This document shows positions 1-8,478 of a stretch of 20,109 nt of DNA, one piece after another. The notes beneath the pieces were generated by a model. It ran no database searches, was not told the DNA's origin, and saw nothing but the letters and a program-made list of their open reading frames with translations. Position numbers and translations under genes: made by a program. This DNA is from a virus: positions 1 to 20,109 of IMG/VR virus record IMGVR_UViG_3300050190_000090. The stretch is one strand, 5' to 3'. Numbering within the stretch: position 1 is the stretch's first letter; each line of letters opens with the position of its first letter.

Positions 1-2
1 TC

Positions 3-191
3 ATCTTGTGCATTGACATCGCAGAAAAAATAGTTCTCGAATCCGTTAAGCTAGGGCTGATAAAACCATTAGAAGAAGTTTCTAATAAATCTAGCGGAAT
101 TTTTGCCAATGAAATCACGAATCTGTTTGCCCACGTCTTAAGGGATTTATGCCAAAAAAGTACTAACATAACTGATAAAGAACCACAATAA
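3..191 (+). CDS. 3' end of an unidentified gene entering from the left edge (partial)
   Basis: The frame is open from the window start to TAA at 189-191. No recognisable motif. Orientation is opposite to the neighbouring minus-strand block. Confidence 0.3.
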   Translation: MLCIDIAEKIVLESVKLGLIKPLEEVSNKSSGIFANEITNLFAHVLRDLCQKSTNITDKEPQ

Positions 192-251
192 GATTCACTC
201 TTCGCCCGGGTGATTTAATATATTAGGCGCATAATGGGGTGCGTTTCTTTT

Positions 252-353
252 TTATGCCTTAACCTCACTTTCAAAATATTCAATTGCCTGCTGATATGCA
301 TCGTTCAGCGAATTAAAATGCCCGACGTCGCCGCCTGCATCCGGATGTGCCGC
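252..353 (-). pseudogene. Remnant of a J-domain gene (33 codons, AAHPDAGGDVGHFNSLNDAYQQAIEYFESEVKA)
   Basis: 272-353 is colinear with 901-982, the 3' end of the intact J-domain gene, at roughly 80% identity. It starts directly after the TGA of the upstream CDS, has no start codon, and lacks J-domain helices I and II. Confidence 0.6.
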
Positions 354-806
354 TCACTCCACTTCTTTTAGAGCCATGCCATGTTCTACTGCCCAGTTGT
401 GCTCAATATTGCAGCCTCGGCTTTTCTGCCAGCCCTTGCAAAACCATATCTCGTCACAGCGGCGCAGCATTTCAAGACAATGCTCCATGCCCGCCTCATA
501 CGAAATGTCATGATAGAAAAATCCCGTGTTATGCAGAGGGCTGTAAAACGTGCAGTTTGGATATTCTTGAATTAGTCCCAATATGATCTTTTCGACTTTT
601 TTAACGTTTTTTGCATCTCCGCTAAACGGATGTGCTATGTAGATAACTCGCATTTCTGGCCGCTCATCCGGTATTAATTTAGTTGTCAGTCGGCCTTCAG
701 TTTCGGCCTGCTGATAATACGCGAGTTTCTTCTTAATTTCGAGTACCGCCATGCCGAATGTTTCGTCGCAAGCTTCCATTTCACCTTTTTCATTGATTTT
801 AAACAT
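354..806 (-). CDS. DUF4406 / nucleoside 2-deoxyribosyltransferase-like protein
   Basis: 150-aa ORF with GAGGTGA RBS 9 nt upstream of the ATG. Pattern VIYIAHPFSGD ... CDEIWFCKGWQKSRGCNIEHNWA resembles that family from memory. Confidence 0.55.
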   Translation of the reverse strand: MFKINEKGEMEACDETFGMAVLEIKKKLAYYQQAETEGRLTTKLIPDERPEMRVIYIAHPFSGDAKNVKKVEKIILGLIQEYPNCTFYSPLHNTGFFYHDISYEAGMEHCLEMLRRCDEIWFCKGWQKSRGCNIEHNWAVEHGMALKEVE

Positions 807-883
807 TTGTGCCGCTCACCTCACTTTTTTATATTGTTCAAATATTTCTTTCTTGGCAGGCCGCTCGTTCATGAGCATCCTTT

Positions 884-1402
884 TTATGTTTTTTCTTCCT
901 CAAAATATTTAATTGCCTGCTCATAGGCGTCATTAAGACTATTAAAATGCCCAGCGTCTCCCCCTGCGTCCGGATGGGCCGCTTTTGCCAGATTGCGATA
1001 TCTTGTTTTGACCTCCTCGGTGCCGCTCGGTATGGCGTCAAATCCGAGTTTTAAAAGGCACTCTGGTATGGATGAGGCAGCGGGCAGGTATTTCATCCCC
1101 GAAATAAAACTTGCAAAATTGTATGTACCACGCTGGGTCATACGTGCCAGATCTTCAAGGGTAAGCACCAATTGTGCAAAGCAATCACTGCCATAATAGA
1201 TTTTTTGCCCGTTAGCTTTAGCTTTATCAGCATCGTGCTCAAACCGGTAAGATTGCCCTTGATACGTAAACTGGATAAACGTACTAAAACGGCCGTAATC
1301 GTAATTAAATTCCGTGACGCCGAGCTTCGCCATTACAGTCCTCAGTTTTTTGTCATAATCGACGCTTGACGAATATATCTTTTTCTGTGGCACCTTGATC
1401 AT
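884..1402 (-). CDS. Phage J-domain (DnaJ-like) protein
   Basis: C-terminal VKTRYRNLAKAAHPDAGGD...LNDAYEQA carries the HPD signature of J domains. AAGGAG abuts the ATG at 1402, so GTG at 1393 (9-nt spacing) may be the real start. Confidence 0.75.
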   Translation of the reverse strand: MIKVPQKKIYSSSVDYDKKLRTVMAKLGVTEFNYDYGRFSTFIQFTYQGQSYRFEHDADKAKANGQKIYYGSDCFAQLVLTLEDLARMTQRGTYNFASFISGMKYLPAASSIPECLLKLGFDAIPSGTEEVKTRYRNLAKAAHPDAGGDAGHFNSLNDAYEQAIKYFEEEKT

Positions 1403-1440
1403 CTCCTTATTGGGCGCCCGATGAAGAGCGCCCGCATTTA

Positions 1441-2838
1441 TTATTCCTCGGTTTTGTCTCCGTCGTCTTCATCAGCATCGTCGTCGGTGTCGTCATGCTC
1501 TCCAGTGAGATCCTCAGCATCAGCAGCACCCTCATTGGCCTCCCTGATTGCCTGCCTTGCCGTTTTGACGGTATCCTTCATTATGTCGAGTAGTTTGTCG
1601 ACGGCGCCGATGTATTTTAGCGCGGTTGTTGCGTCAGCCACCCTTATTTTTTCAATTCTCTCAAAAGCAGACCTAAAGGTGAGCTGCAATTCGCCGAAGA
1701 TGTGGGCGAAAACGGCAGTTTCAGAATTACCTGCGATGGCCAGTTGCTTTTCAAGGGATGCGGCACGTGCATCGGCGGCGGCAGCCTGCTCAATGGCAGC
1801 CTTTTTACCTTCGGCGGTTGTTTTAATTAGGCCGTTTGCCTCTTCGAGTGCCTTTTTGCGTGCAGTTTCAGCCGCTTTATCCTCTGCTGCCTTGATTTTT
1901 GCAGGCAGACCCTCTTCGGCTTTTTCTTTGGCTTCTTTTTTGAGCCGCTCAATGGTTTTTTTGTCGGGAACTGAGCCTTTTGCCTTAAGCTCTTCAAGCT
2001 CTTTTTCGGTCTCCTGCTTTTGATGCTCCAGTTCTGCAATCTTTTCCGCCAATACCTCAGCATCATCGGGGCTGGCGGCAGACTCTTCAATCTCTTCCTT
2101 GAGGCGGTCACGCTCTGAAGTAATGAGTGTCAGCTGCTCACCTTTATCATTGAGCTCTTTTACAAGATCAGCAACCTCTCTGGTGCTCATGTCTTCGAGA
2201 TCATTCGCCTCAAGTAAAGCGTCGCGCTCGGTGGCGGGCGCCGCGGCGAGCAGACCAAGCTTGGTAATGCCGAGATTTGCATTTGACTGCAAAAACGTTG
2301 CGCCGAGCCGCTCATAAGTTGATATGTAATTATAGGCCTGCCGCGCTTTTATGCCGATTGCTCCCTCAATGTATTCATCGAATGATAAAAAACCAAGTTC
2401 GATGTAGAGCCGCTCATCGCGCATTTTCTTCAGGCCTTTGCAGACTTCCACAAAGGCTTCTGCCGCCAGCGCACCGTTCATCTTGATTTGCCGCGTCAAC
2501 TCCACGGCCTCCTGATAATGCGGGCTCATTTCGCCCTCTTTTATGATTTCTTCTGACATTGTTTTTACCTCCTGCTTATTGTTTGAATAGATTTTTCGAA
2601 GCTCATCGGTGCTGTAAGATTTCTCTTTTGGAAAAATTAGTCCGAGTTCCTCGCACTGACGGAAAAGGAAGGGGCGACATTCATTAAGCAGCTCACCTCC
2701 GGAACATGTTTTTAGTTTCGTTTTAAAATTTTTCTCATCTTCAAAACTGAAGGAGCTTTTTTGATTTTTATCGCAGCAACTGATATAAAAATGCTTGCCG
2801 CTCTTTGAATTCCCCTTGAAATACGGGCATATGGCCAT
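1441..2838 (-). CDS. DNA-binding HTH protein with long coiled coil and acidic tail (DUF3102/ParB-HTH-like)
   Basis: Strong AAGGAGGAAGG RBS before the ATG at 2838; the track's ATG at 2931 has no RBS. It has a Cys-rich N-terminus, ERLYIELGFLSFDEYIEGAIGIKARQAYNYISTYERLG, a Glu/Lys/Ala-rich coiled coil, and a DDTDDDADEDDGD tail. Confidence 0.7.
   Translation of the reverse strand: MAICPYFKGNSKSGKHFYISCCDKNQKSSFSFEDEKNFKTKLKTCSGGELLNECRPFLFRQCEELGLIFPKEKSYSTDELRKIYSNNKQEVKTMSEEIIKEGEMSPHYQEAVELTRQIKMNGALAAEAFVEVCKGLKKMRDERLYIELGFLSFDEYIEGAIGIKARQAYNYISTYERLGATFLQSNANLGITKLGLLAAAPATERDALLEANDLEDMSTREVADLVKELNDKGEQLTLITSERDRLKEEIEESAASPDDAEVLAEKIAELEHQKQETEKELEELKAKGSVPDKKTIERLKKEAKEKAEEGLPAKIKAAEDKAAETARKKALEEANGLIKTTAEGKKAAIEQAAAADARAASLEKQLAIAGNSETAVFAHIFGELQLTFRSAFERIEKIRVADATTALKYIGAVDKLLDIMKDTVKTARQAIREANEGAADAEDLTGEHDDTDDDADEDDGDKTEE
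2277..2292. promoter_or_regulatory. Palindrome TTGCATTTGACTGCAA, a one-mismatch copy of the 4994 and 11270 motif
   Basis: 15/16 match to TTGCAGTTGACTGCAA. It lies inside the DUF3102-like gene. Confidence 0.3.
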
Positions 2839-2956
2839 TTTTCCTTCCTCCTTAAGGTCAATCATTATGGAGCTTTGCGAGAAGCTCAAGCGGCGTATGC
2901 TCGTATCGTTGCATCTCGGCTTCAATGGCATATTCAGGTACGTCCATCTATTTACC

Positions 2957-4624
2957 TCAAGCTGCTATAGCTTTTTTCTTCTTGGTTTTGACCGCTTTAG
3001 GCACCGCTCTTACGATGTTATCAATCCAATAATCTGTAAATTGCTTAACTTCTTTGGGCGGCGCAATATTCCCATGCCCATGGTTTTGGATGATAACCTT
3101 TTGGCAAAGATCAAGCTGAAGAGTGTAATATGGCATATCGGGGTCTGAAACCTTGCGTATAAAAAGTATTGGCTTGCCATCACAATGACTTTTTCCATAT
3201 CCACCAACACAATGGCAAAGAATTTTCCCCTCGTTTATCAATTCTTCTTCCGATGCAGCCGGCCGAATTATAAGACCATCTTTTTCAAAGCAATATGGTA
3301 TGAGTTTTTCATACATATCTTTAAATCTTTTAATCAGCACTTCTTGTTTTATGAAATTATGAGCCGTTACGGCACGGTCATGTGCATCAAACAAATTGGG
3401 TGGAAACTTTATTATTTCTTCATCCGTGTTATACCCAAGATTTTCAGCCATATTAATGTAATCTTTCCATGTTATAAAAGTGTTTTTAATGGACAGATTT
3501 CTTTTTACCATACTTTCTTTGTTTGTTTGTTTTTTAAAATACCTCATCAGTTTCCCGATGCTTTTTCCATACCTCACAATTTCATCAACGTAATAACTAA
3601 ATTCTTTCATGATAGCCATGATTTCTTCTTGCTCCATTGAAAGATTTGCCTGTCTCAATTTTCTGAAATTTACGATATCTTTACTATTTACCTGCTTTCT
3701 TTTTAAAAACTCAAAATCAGGTTTTGAAAGACCGAGCATTTTACGTGGGGATACTTCTTTCCAGTTCACTGCATTGATATCAACTTGGTCTGCGTAAGCA
3801 TTTAGATAATTACTCGTTGCTTCTATTACAAGCGTTTTAAAACCCTGAACAAGCAGGTTCTCAATTTGCGGGTGCTTTCTGTAAAAGATCAGATAACTGA
3901 TTGGATAAATTTCTTTTGTGTTGCTCTTTATGTACAGGTTAAATTTGCAATTAGCAAAAGCAGTCCCACAAAAAACGTCTTTCCCCGTAAAATAGATAAA
4001 ACTTGCACCGCCGAATACGTCTCTACACCGCTTTCTGCTCTCCCATACTCCTATGAGGCATTTTTCGCCGAACAAACTTGAATGCCATGCGCAAAACCGT
4101 AGTGCCTTTTTTAAGGTAAAAATATAGGCTTCATATTTTTCTACTGAGTAGGTGGATATGCCCTGTTTGTCTACCGTGCGCCTTACCCTATATCCCGCAG
4201 CTATCAAGTTTTCACCAACCCGTGACAATACCATAGGCCATTGAGTACCCATATCTTCGTGCCCTACGCGGGCGACATGCATGCAGTTTACTTTCGCGCC
4301 GCAAAGCGGGCATTTTGTATCTTTGCAATCCTCAATGATACTTTCACCGGCGCGCCCGTGATATTTACTATGACAATCGCTTGGGTATCCGCACCCGCAT
4401 CCCGCGTTAAAATCAATATCCTCTTCACGGTCTGCTTTAAAATGCTTACCGCAGGCAGTGCAAACCACATCAAGGCATTTTTCTTTTGTGCCGCTCAATA
4501 TTTCGGTGCTCCACCCGCATTGATAAATAAGCCAGTTTTTTGCAAAGCAGCCCTTTGATTTTAGCCACTCAACCAAGTCTGCGGGCGGCTCTGGAATTTT
4601 GTCTGCAAAATCAATTTCCATCAT
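2957..4624 (-). CDS. PcfJ-like protein with Cys-rich N-terminal region
   Basis: 555-aa ORF. C-terminal LINEGKILCHCVGGYGKSHCDGKPILFIRKVSDPDMPYYTLQLD...IIQNHGHGN matches my recollection of the PcfJ domain. The N-terminus has several CxxC pairs. Confidence 0.7.
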   Translation of the reverse strand: MMEIDFADKIPEPPADLVEWLKSKGCFAKNWLIYQCGWSTEILSGTKEKCLDVVCTACGKHFKADREEDIDFNAGCGCGYPSDCHSKYHGRAGESIIEDCKDTKCPLCGAKVNCMHVARVGHEDMGTQWPMVLSRVGENLIAAGYRVRRTVDKQGISTYSVEKYEAYIFTLKKALRFCAWHSSLFGEKCLIGVWESRKRCRDVFGGASFIYFTGKDVFCGTAFANCKFNLYIKSNTKEIYPISYLIFYRKHPQIENLLVQGFKTLVIEATSNYLNAYADQVDINAVNWKEVSPRKMLGLSKPDFEFLKRKQVNSKDIVNFRKLRQANLSMEQEEIMAIMKEFSYYVDEIVRYGKSIGKLMRYFKKQTNKESMVKRNLSIKNTFITWKDYINMAENLGYNTDEEIIKFPPNLFDAHDRAVTAHNFIKQEVLIKRFKDMYEKLIPYCFEKDGLIIRPAASEEELINEGKILCHCVGGYGKSHCDGKPILFIRKVSDPDMPYYTLQLDLCQKVIIQNHGHGNIAPPKEVKQFTDYWIDNIVRAVPKAVKTKKKKAIAA

Positions 4625-4633
4625 AAGCGTCCC

Positions 4634-4975
4634 CTATAGAAATTCGCTAAGATTCAGCACCTTAGTTCCTTGAATTGCCGGTGCTGTCTGCTGAGTGCTT
4701 ATCCCGTAAAACTGGCATATAATCTTTTCTGCCTCATCAGGCGGGCAGCAACCGCAGCCCCCTGATCTGTGTCCGCTTGCAAATGCGCTGATCTTTTTCT
4801 CACAGTCCTTCAGACCCATGCCGACCTGCGTGAGGTCTTGCAAAACCAGCTCCGCCGCTGCGGGAGATTTGCTTATAATTTCTTTCAGCTGCTCACCAAC
4901 GCAAAAAGCGGGGCTATATTTATTCAGTTCCTTCTGCTGAGCCTCGATAGTTTCAATTGCTTTTTCTACACTCAT
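4634..4975 (-). CDS. Small protein, PcfK-like by position and size
   Basis: 113-aa ORF directly upstream of the PcfJ-like gene, with RBS AAAGGATGA. It ends in TAG. The family call rests on gene order and the GGCGCCPPDEAEKIICQFYGI segment. Confidence 0.6.
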   Translation of the reverse strand: MSVEKAIETIEAQQKELNKYSPAFCVGEQLKEIISKSPAAAELVLQDLTQVGMGLKDCEKKISAFASGHRSGGCGCCPPDEAEKIICQFYGISTQQTAPAIQGTKVLNLSEFL

Positions 4976-4993
4976 GATATTTTCATCCTTTCG

Positions 4994-5009
4994 TTGCAGT
5001 TGACTGCAA
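4994..5009. promoter_or_regulatory. Perfect palindrome TTGCAGTTGACTGCAA, 18 nt upstream of the 4975 start codon
   Basis: 6-bp arms with a 4-nt spacer. An identical 18-mer occurs at 11269-11286 in the same position relative to another RBS. Confidence 0.5.
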
Positions 5010-5044
5010 AATCAAAATAATAGTAATAATAAAAGTAATTACTT

Positions 5045-5242
5045 TTAATCCGCTTTTCGTGCCGCTCTCAGTTTATTTTGCAGGTCATTGTTGGCCATCC
5101 ATATGACTTTATAGATATCCATCGTGCCGGCATAGGCGGTCAATTCCGTGAGCGTTGCCATCTCATAAGCTGAGGCCTGCAGGTCGGCGGCACCGGTCGG
5201 GAAAAACAGATATAATCCTCGGTCATTTTGTTTCAGCTGCAT
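5045..5242 (-). CDS. Hypothetical small protein
   Basis: 65-aa ORF whose ATG overlaps the TAA of the upstream gene (TAATG coupling). Confidence 0.5.
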   Translation of the reverse strand: MQLKQNDRGLYLFFPTGAADLQASAYEMATLTELTAYAGTMDIYKVIWMANNDLQNKLRAARKAD

Positions 5243-7758
5243 TATATTGCCTCTTTTGCAACTGGCTCCATGAAATCAAATAAGGTGGGCTGGTCGATTG
5301 CGGCCTCAGCTGATTTGCAATAGCCAACGCCATCACGAAAATAATCAGCATTGAGTTCGATGCCATATCCGTATCTGCCGAGGTCAACCGCTCGCTTTGG
5401 TACTGTGAAAAGTCCTGCAAAGGGGTCAAAAACGACATCGCCCGGATTGCTGTACCTATTGATAATTCTGTCAACGATGTCGATTTGCAAAGGGCAAACG
5501 TGCAGCTGCTGGCGGCGCTGACTTTGAGTAGTGTTTAGGGTGCGCATACGGTTGATATCGTCCCATATTTCATCCGTCCAACTGCCCGGCGCCACGACCA
5601 TGAAGGTGGCCGGTAATCTCCCATCTATATCAAGTTCTTTTGCCATCTGTACATGTTCGGCATAATTGTAGACCGTATCACGTGAGTATTTACGGTATGC
5701 CGCCTGAAGTTTACCGGTAGACATAGCCATGATCTCATTCTTTGTCAGCAGTCGATCTCCAGATGACCTCCAGTATCCGTGTGCATCAATTTGCCATTGT
5801 GCGCGGGTATATTCATCCTTGGTTTTCATGACAGGGTGATCTGCATATGCCTTGCTTGTATCTGTGGGCAGTTTTCGGAAAAGGAGAATGTATTCAGGGC
5901 ACCCGATGCCCATCTTTGAACCATCTTTGCATTGCTCAGACCATCCGAGGCGATAAGTTTGATTATTTTCCCTTACGACGTCCGTTACAACCGTAATCAT
6001 GCCAAAGTACTGAAACCCGTGCTTAATAAAATGCTCAATAACATAGACATGAAAAGGCTCTATGGTCGGCATTCCGGTACCTGTGGCGTTACCAAACAAG
6101 ACACGATCTTTTACGTGGATGGCGGCGACGCGCCCGGGCATAAGGCTGTGGTACAGGTTCGGGGTTAGATAATCCATCTGTTCGAAAAATCGGCCAGTGT
6201 TTGCGTTATGCCCGAAATCGTTATAGCTGGCCGAATATTCATAATGGTTGCCGAATGGGATCGATGTATGTATTAAACCAAAGGTGTTTTCGGGTAACTG
6301 CTCGCATTCTAAGATGCAATCGTTATTTATGGCCGTGAAATGCTCTCCTTTGATTACCACTCGTTTCACCCCTATACTGCGGGCCATTTTATCCATCACA
6401 TTTACGCCTGCCAGTCCATATTTTTTTATAATCTCCGTCATTTTCTTTGCAAGGTAATTATGCTGTTCCCACTTTTCGAGTAGTGCCTTAAGGATCTCGG
6501 CCTCTCCTTCGGTGTAGATAATGTCGATGATAACCTGATCGGTTTGCAGAAAGCGGTATATCCTATGGATGGCCTGAATGAAATCATTGAACTTATAATC
6601 TATCCCGACAAATATAGCCCTATGGCAATGGCGCTGAAAATTGCAGCCGCTCCCTGATATTTTCTTTTTGGTGGCAAGCAGCCGTGTTTTGCCTTCTGAA
6701 AAGTCAATGGTTCTTTGCTCTTTGATATTGATATCTTCTGAGCCAAATATTTCAACAGCGTCCGGCAGTGCCTTCTTGATTGCATGCCGCTCGGCTTCAA
6801 GATCATGCCAGAGAATAAAATGCGCGTCAGGGTCCGAATTGACAATTTCAACTGTTTTTTTGACGCGGGCAGCGAGGCTCTCGTTTTTCTCGTGGGAAGC
6901 ATCCGAAAGTGATACCGAGGCTTCGCGCATGATCTTCATCTGGCCGTCGCGGTCTTCCACCGGTGCGCCGCTCATCGTTATTTTGTGGTACCTGACTTCA
7001 AGTGGCGGCAGGTCATAGCCGGTGTCGTCATATCCGAGGTCGCTTGGCTTCGTAATAAAGAGCGCCCAGCTGCTCAACCATGCCCAGAACTTATTTTCCT
7101 GCGATTTATAAAGCGTGAGGTTGTTCGCTTTGGTGCTGTCACGCTGAAAGAAGCGCGTGAGAGCCTGTCCGGTATCCATCACCTCAAGGAAGCCTGCATA
7201 ATGGATAAGTTCTTTGTATCGGTTTGGTGAAGGTGTGGCCGTCGAAACAAATTTATATTTCACGCCTTTGAATTTTATCAAGAATGTCTGATAGGTGTCT
7301 GACCCGTAACTCCGTAACACTGAAGCTTCGTCAAGATGGCAAACCATGAAATATTTAGGATCAATATCCCCATCCCTGACCCGCTCATAGTTGGTCATCA
7401 TAATGTCATCTGTGCACGCTCTTACCTCAGCCATTGTACGGACGTATTGAGGCGGCAACATATGAAGGAGTTCAACAGCGTCGCGGGTGAATTCCTGTTT
7501 CACCCCGAGCGGCAGAACTATAAGAGCTTTGCCGCCTTTATGCTTAATTACAATGCGGCTGATTTCAAGTTCCTGTGCTGTTTTCCCAAGCCCGAAAGCT
7601 TCAAAAATTGCGCGGCGCCCGCCACTTATTGCCCATTTGACGGCATCGCGCTGATGTGGCTTTAATACAGAATTGATTTCGGAGGTCTCAATTTCAAAGC
7701 CTGTTTCAGGCGCGATATCAATTTTTGATTTAAGAAAATCTATGTAATTATTCGTCAC
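5242..7758 (-). CDS. SNF2-family helicase fused to an N6/N4 DNA methyltransferase (beta-class motif order)
   Basis: GTG start with GAGGAGG RBS. Helicase motifs are FGLGKT (Walker A), HLDEAS (DEAx) and QAIHRIYRFLQ (SNF2 motif VI-like). Methyltransferase motifs are LIHTSIPFG (motif IV variant) followed by VVFDPFAGLFTVP ... GIELN (motif I). Confidence 0.8.
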   Translation of the reverse strand: MTNNYIDFLKSKIDIAPETGFEIETSEINSVLKPHQRDAVKWAISGGRRAIFEAFGLGKTAQELEISRIVIKHKGGKALIVLPLGVKQEFTRDAVELLHMLPPQYVRTMAEVRACTDDIMMTNYERVRDGDIDPKYFMVCHLDEASVLRSYGSDTYQTFLIKFKGVKYKFVSTATPSPNRYKELIHYAGFLEVMDTGQALTRFFQRDSTKANNLTLYKSQENKFWAWLSSWALFITKPSDLGYDDTGYDLPPLEVRYHKITMSGAPVEDRDGQMKIMREASVSLSDASHEKNESLAARVKKTVEIVNSDPDAHFILWHDLEAERHAIKKALPDAVEIFGSEDINIKEQRTIDFSEGKTRLLATKKKISGSGCNFQRHCHRAIFVGIDYKFNDFIQAIHRIYRFLQTDQVIIDIIYTEGEAEILKALLEKWEQHNYLAKKMTEIIKKYGLAGVNVMDKMARSIGVKRVVIKGEHFTAINNDCILECEQLPENTFGLIHTSIPFGNHYEYSASYNDFGHNANTGRFFEQMDYLTPNLYHSLMPGRVAAIHVKDRVLFGNATGTGMPTIEPFHVYVIEHFIKHGFQYFGMITVVTDVVRENNQTYRLGWSEQCKDGSKMGIGCPEYILLFRKLPTDTSKAYADHPVMKTKDEYTRAQWQIDAHGYWRSSGDRLLTKNEIMAMSTGKLQAAYRKYSRDTVYNYAEHVQMAKELDIDGRLPATFMVVAPGSWTDEIWDDINRMRTLNTTQSQRRQQLHVCPLQIDIVDRIINRYSNPGDVVFDPFAGLFTVPKRAVDLGRYGYGIELNADYFRDGVGYCKSAEAAIDQPTLFDFMEPVAKEAI

Positions 7759-7957
7759 CGATATAAACCTCCTCTATCAGGGTTACGTTATCAAAATAGA
7801 TGATGTAGATGGTTTTGGATGAATTCGCGACTTTGAGCGTATTTCCGATCCGCTCACCATTTTCGCATATGCCTGATATTGCACCGTAAAGATTTGACCT
7901 AGCTCTATATTTCCTGCCATAGAAAAGAACTGTATCTAATTTTGTCCCCAATTTCAA
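7748..7957 (-). CDS. Hypothetical small protein (TTG start)
   Basis: 69-aa ORF fitting exactly between two genes with 4-nt overlaps at both ends. No clear SD and no in-frame ATG. Confidence 0.4.
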   Translation of the reverse strand: MKLGTKLDTVLFYGRKYRARSNLYGAISGICENGERIGNTLKVANSSKTIYIIYFDNVTLIEEVYIGDE

Positions 7958-8469
7958 CCGGGCACTGCGCGGTGAATGCTGCTGCTTGCATATTCAAAAT
8001 TCCCTTCCGGTCTCCACGTCCAAAGACCCTGCGCGCCGCGGGCGGGCACCGGTTGGGTAAATGGCTGTGGATGCGTTGTGATCCAGGCGAACCGCCCCGG
8101 GCTATAATCCCCGAAGGCCAGCTCATCACCGGTAACCTCCCTCCCATTTGCGAGGAGCGCCGACATGTGCTTTGCTCCATTGATGGGGTTTGAGACTTCC
8201 CTGAGTTTGAGAATCTTTACGCAGTTTGTAACTTCGATGGTGCCGAGCACCGTACCGAGGGTCAGGGGCCGCGTTGCCAGTGCCCGTTGAAAAGCTGGCG
8301 TCTGCATAAGGGTCATAGCGTCGTCATCAAGCTTTTTCGCCGAATGAATAGCAATCAGGCCGCGGAAGTTTGTTGCCCATCCGCGCGTTTCTATTCCTTT
8401 TGCGCCGATGATCAGCAGCGTGGCCCACGGCTGCCAGTCGGTCAGGACCTTTATCTCATCTATGTGCAT
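7954..8469 (-). CDS. ASCH (PUA-like) domain protein
   Basis: GAGGTGAG RBS. N-terminal DWQPWATLLIIGAKGIETRGW...RGLIAIH matches the ASCH pattern. Confidence 0.65.
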   Translation of the reverse strand: MHIDEIKVLTDWQPWATLLIIGAKGIETRGWATNFRGLIAIHSAKKLDDDAMTLMQTPAFQRALATRPLTLGTVLGTIEVTNCVKILKLREVSNPINGAKHMSALLANGREVTGDELAFGDYSPGRFAWITTHPQPFTQPVPARGAQGLWTWRPEGNFEYASSSIHRAVPG

Positions 8470-8478
8470 TTGCTCACC

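Noticed and set aside
226-253. Possible terminator after the left-edge plus-strand gene
   Set aside because: The stem has only 4 Watson-Crick pairs plus 2 G:U pairs with an 8-nt loop. The T run is real, but the hairpin is too weak to call.
252-806. TGA read-through fusing the DUF4406-like protein to a J domain
   Set aside because: The downstream piece starts at the HPD loop and lacks helices I and II, so it could not form a J domain. A recombination remnant is the simpler explanation.
1421-2023. 200-aa plus-strand ORF rich in Ser and Ala
   Set aside because: It is the antisense shadow of the Glu/Lys/Ala-rich coiled-coil part of the 1441-2838 gene. It is low-complexity and has no RBS.
5031-5046. 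16-bp perfect AT palindrome AAAAGTAATTACTTTT at the stop of the 5045-5242 gene
   Set aside because: An all-A/T stem in an AT-rich spacer has low thermodynamic stability and is plausibly due to chance or composition.
7905-8193. Alternative-frame ORFs (91 aa on minus, 83 aa on plus) within the ASCH gene
   Set aside because: They are Arg/Pro/Gly-rich products of a locally GC-rich coding region. They have no RBS and are fully nested in a better-supported CDS.
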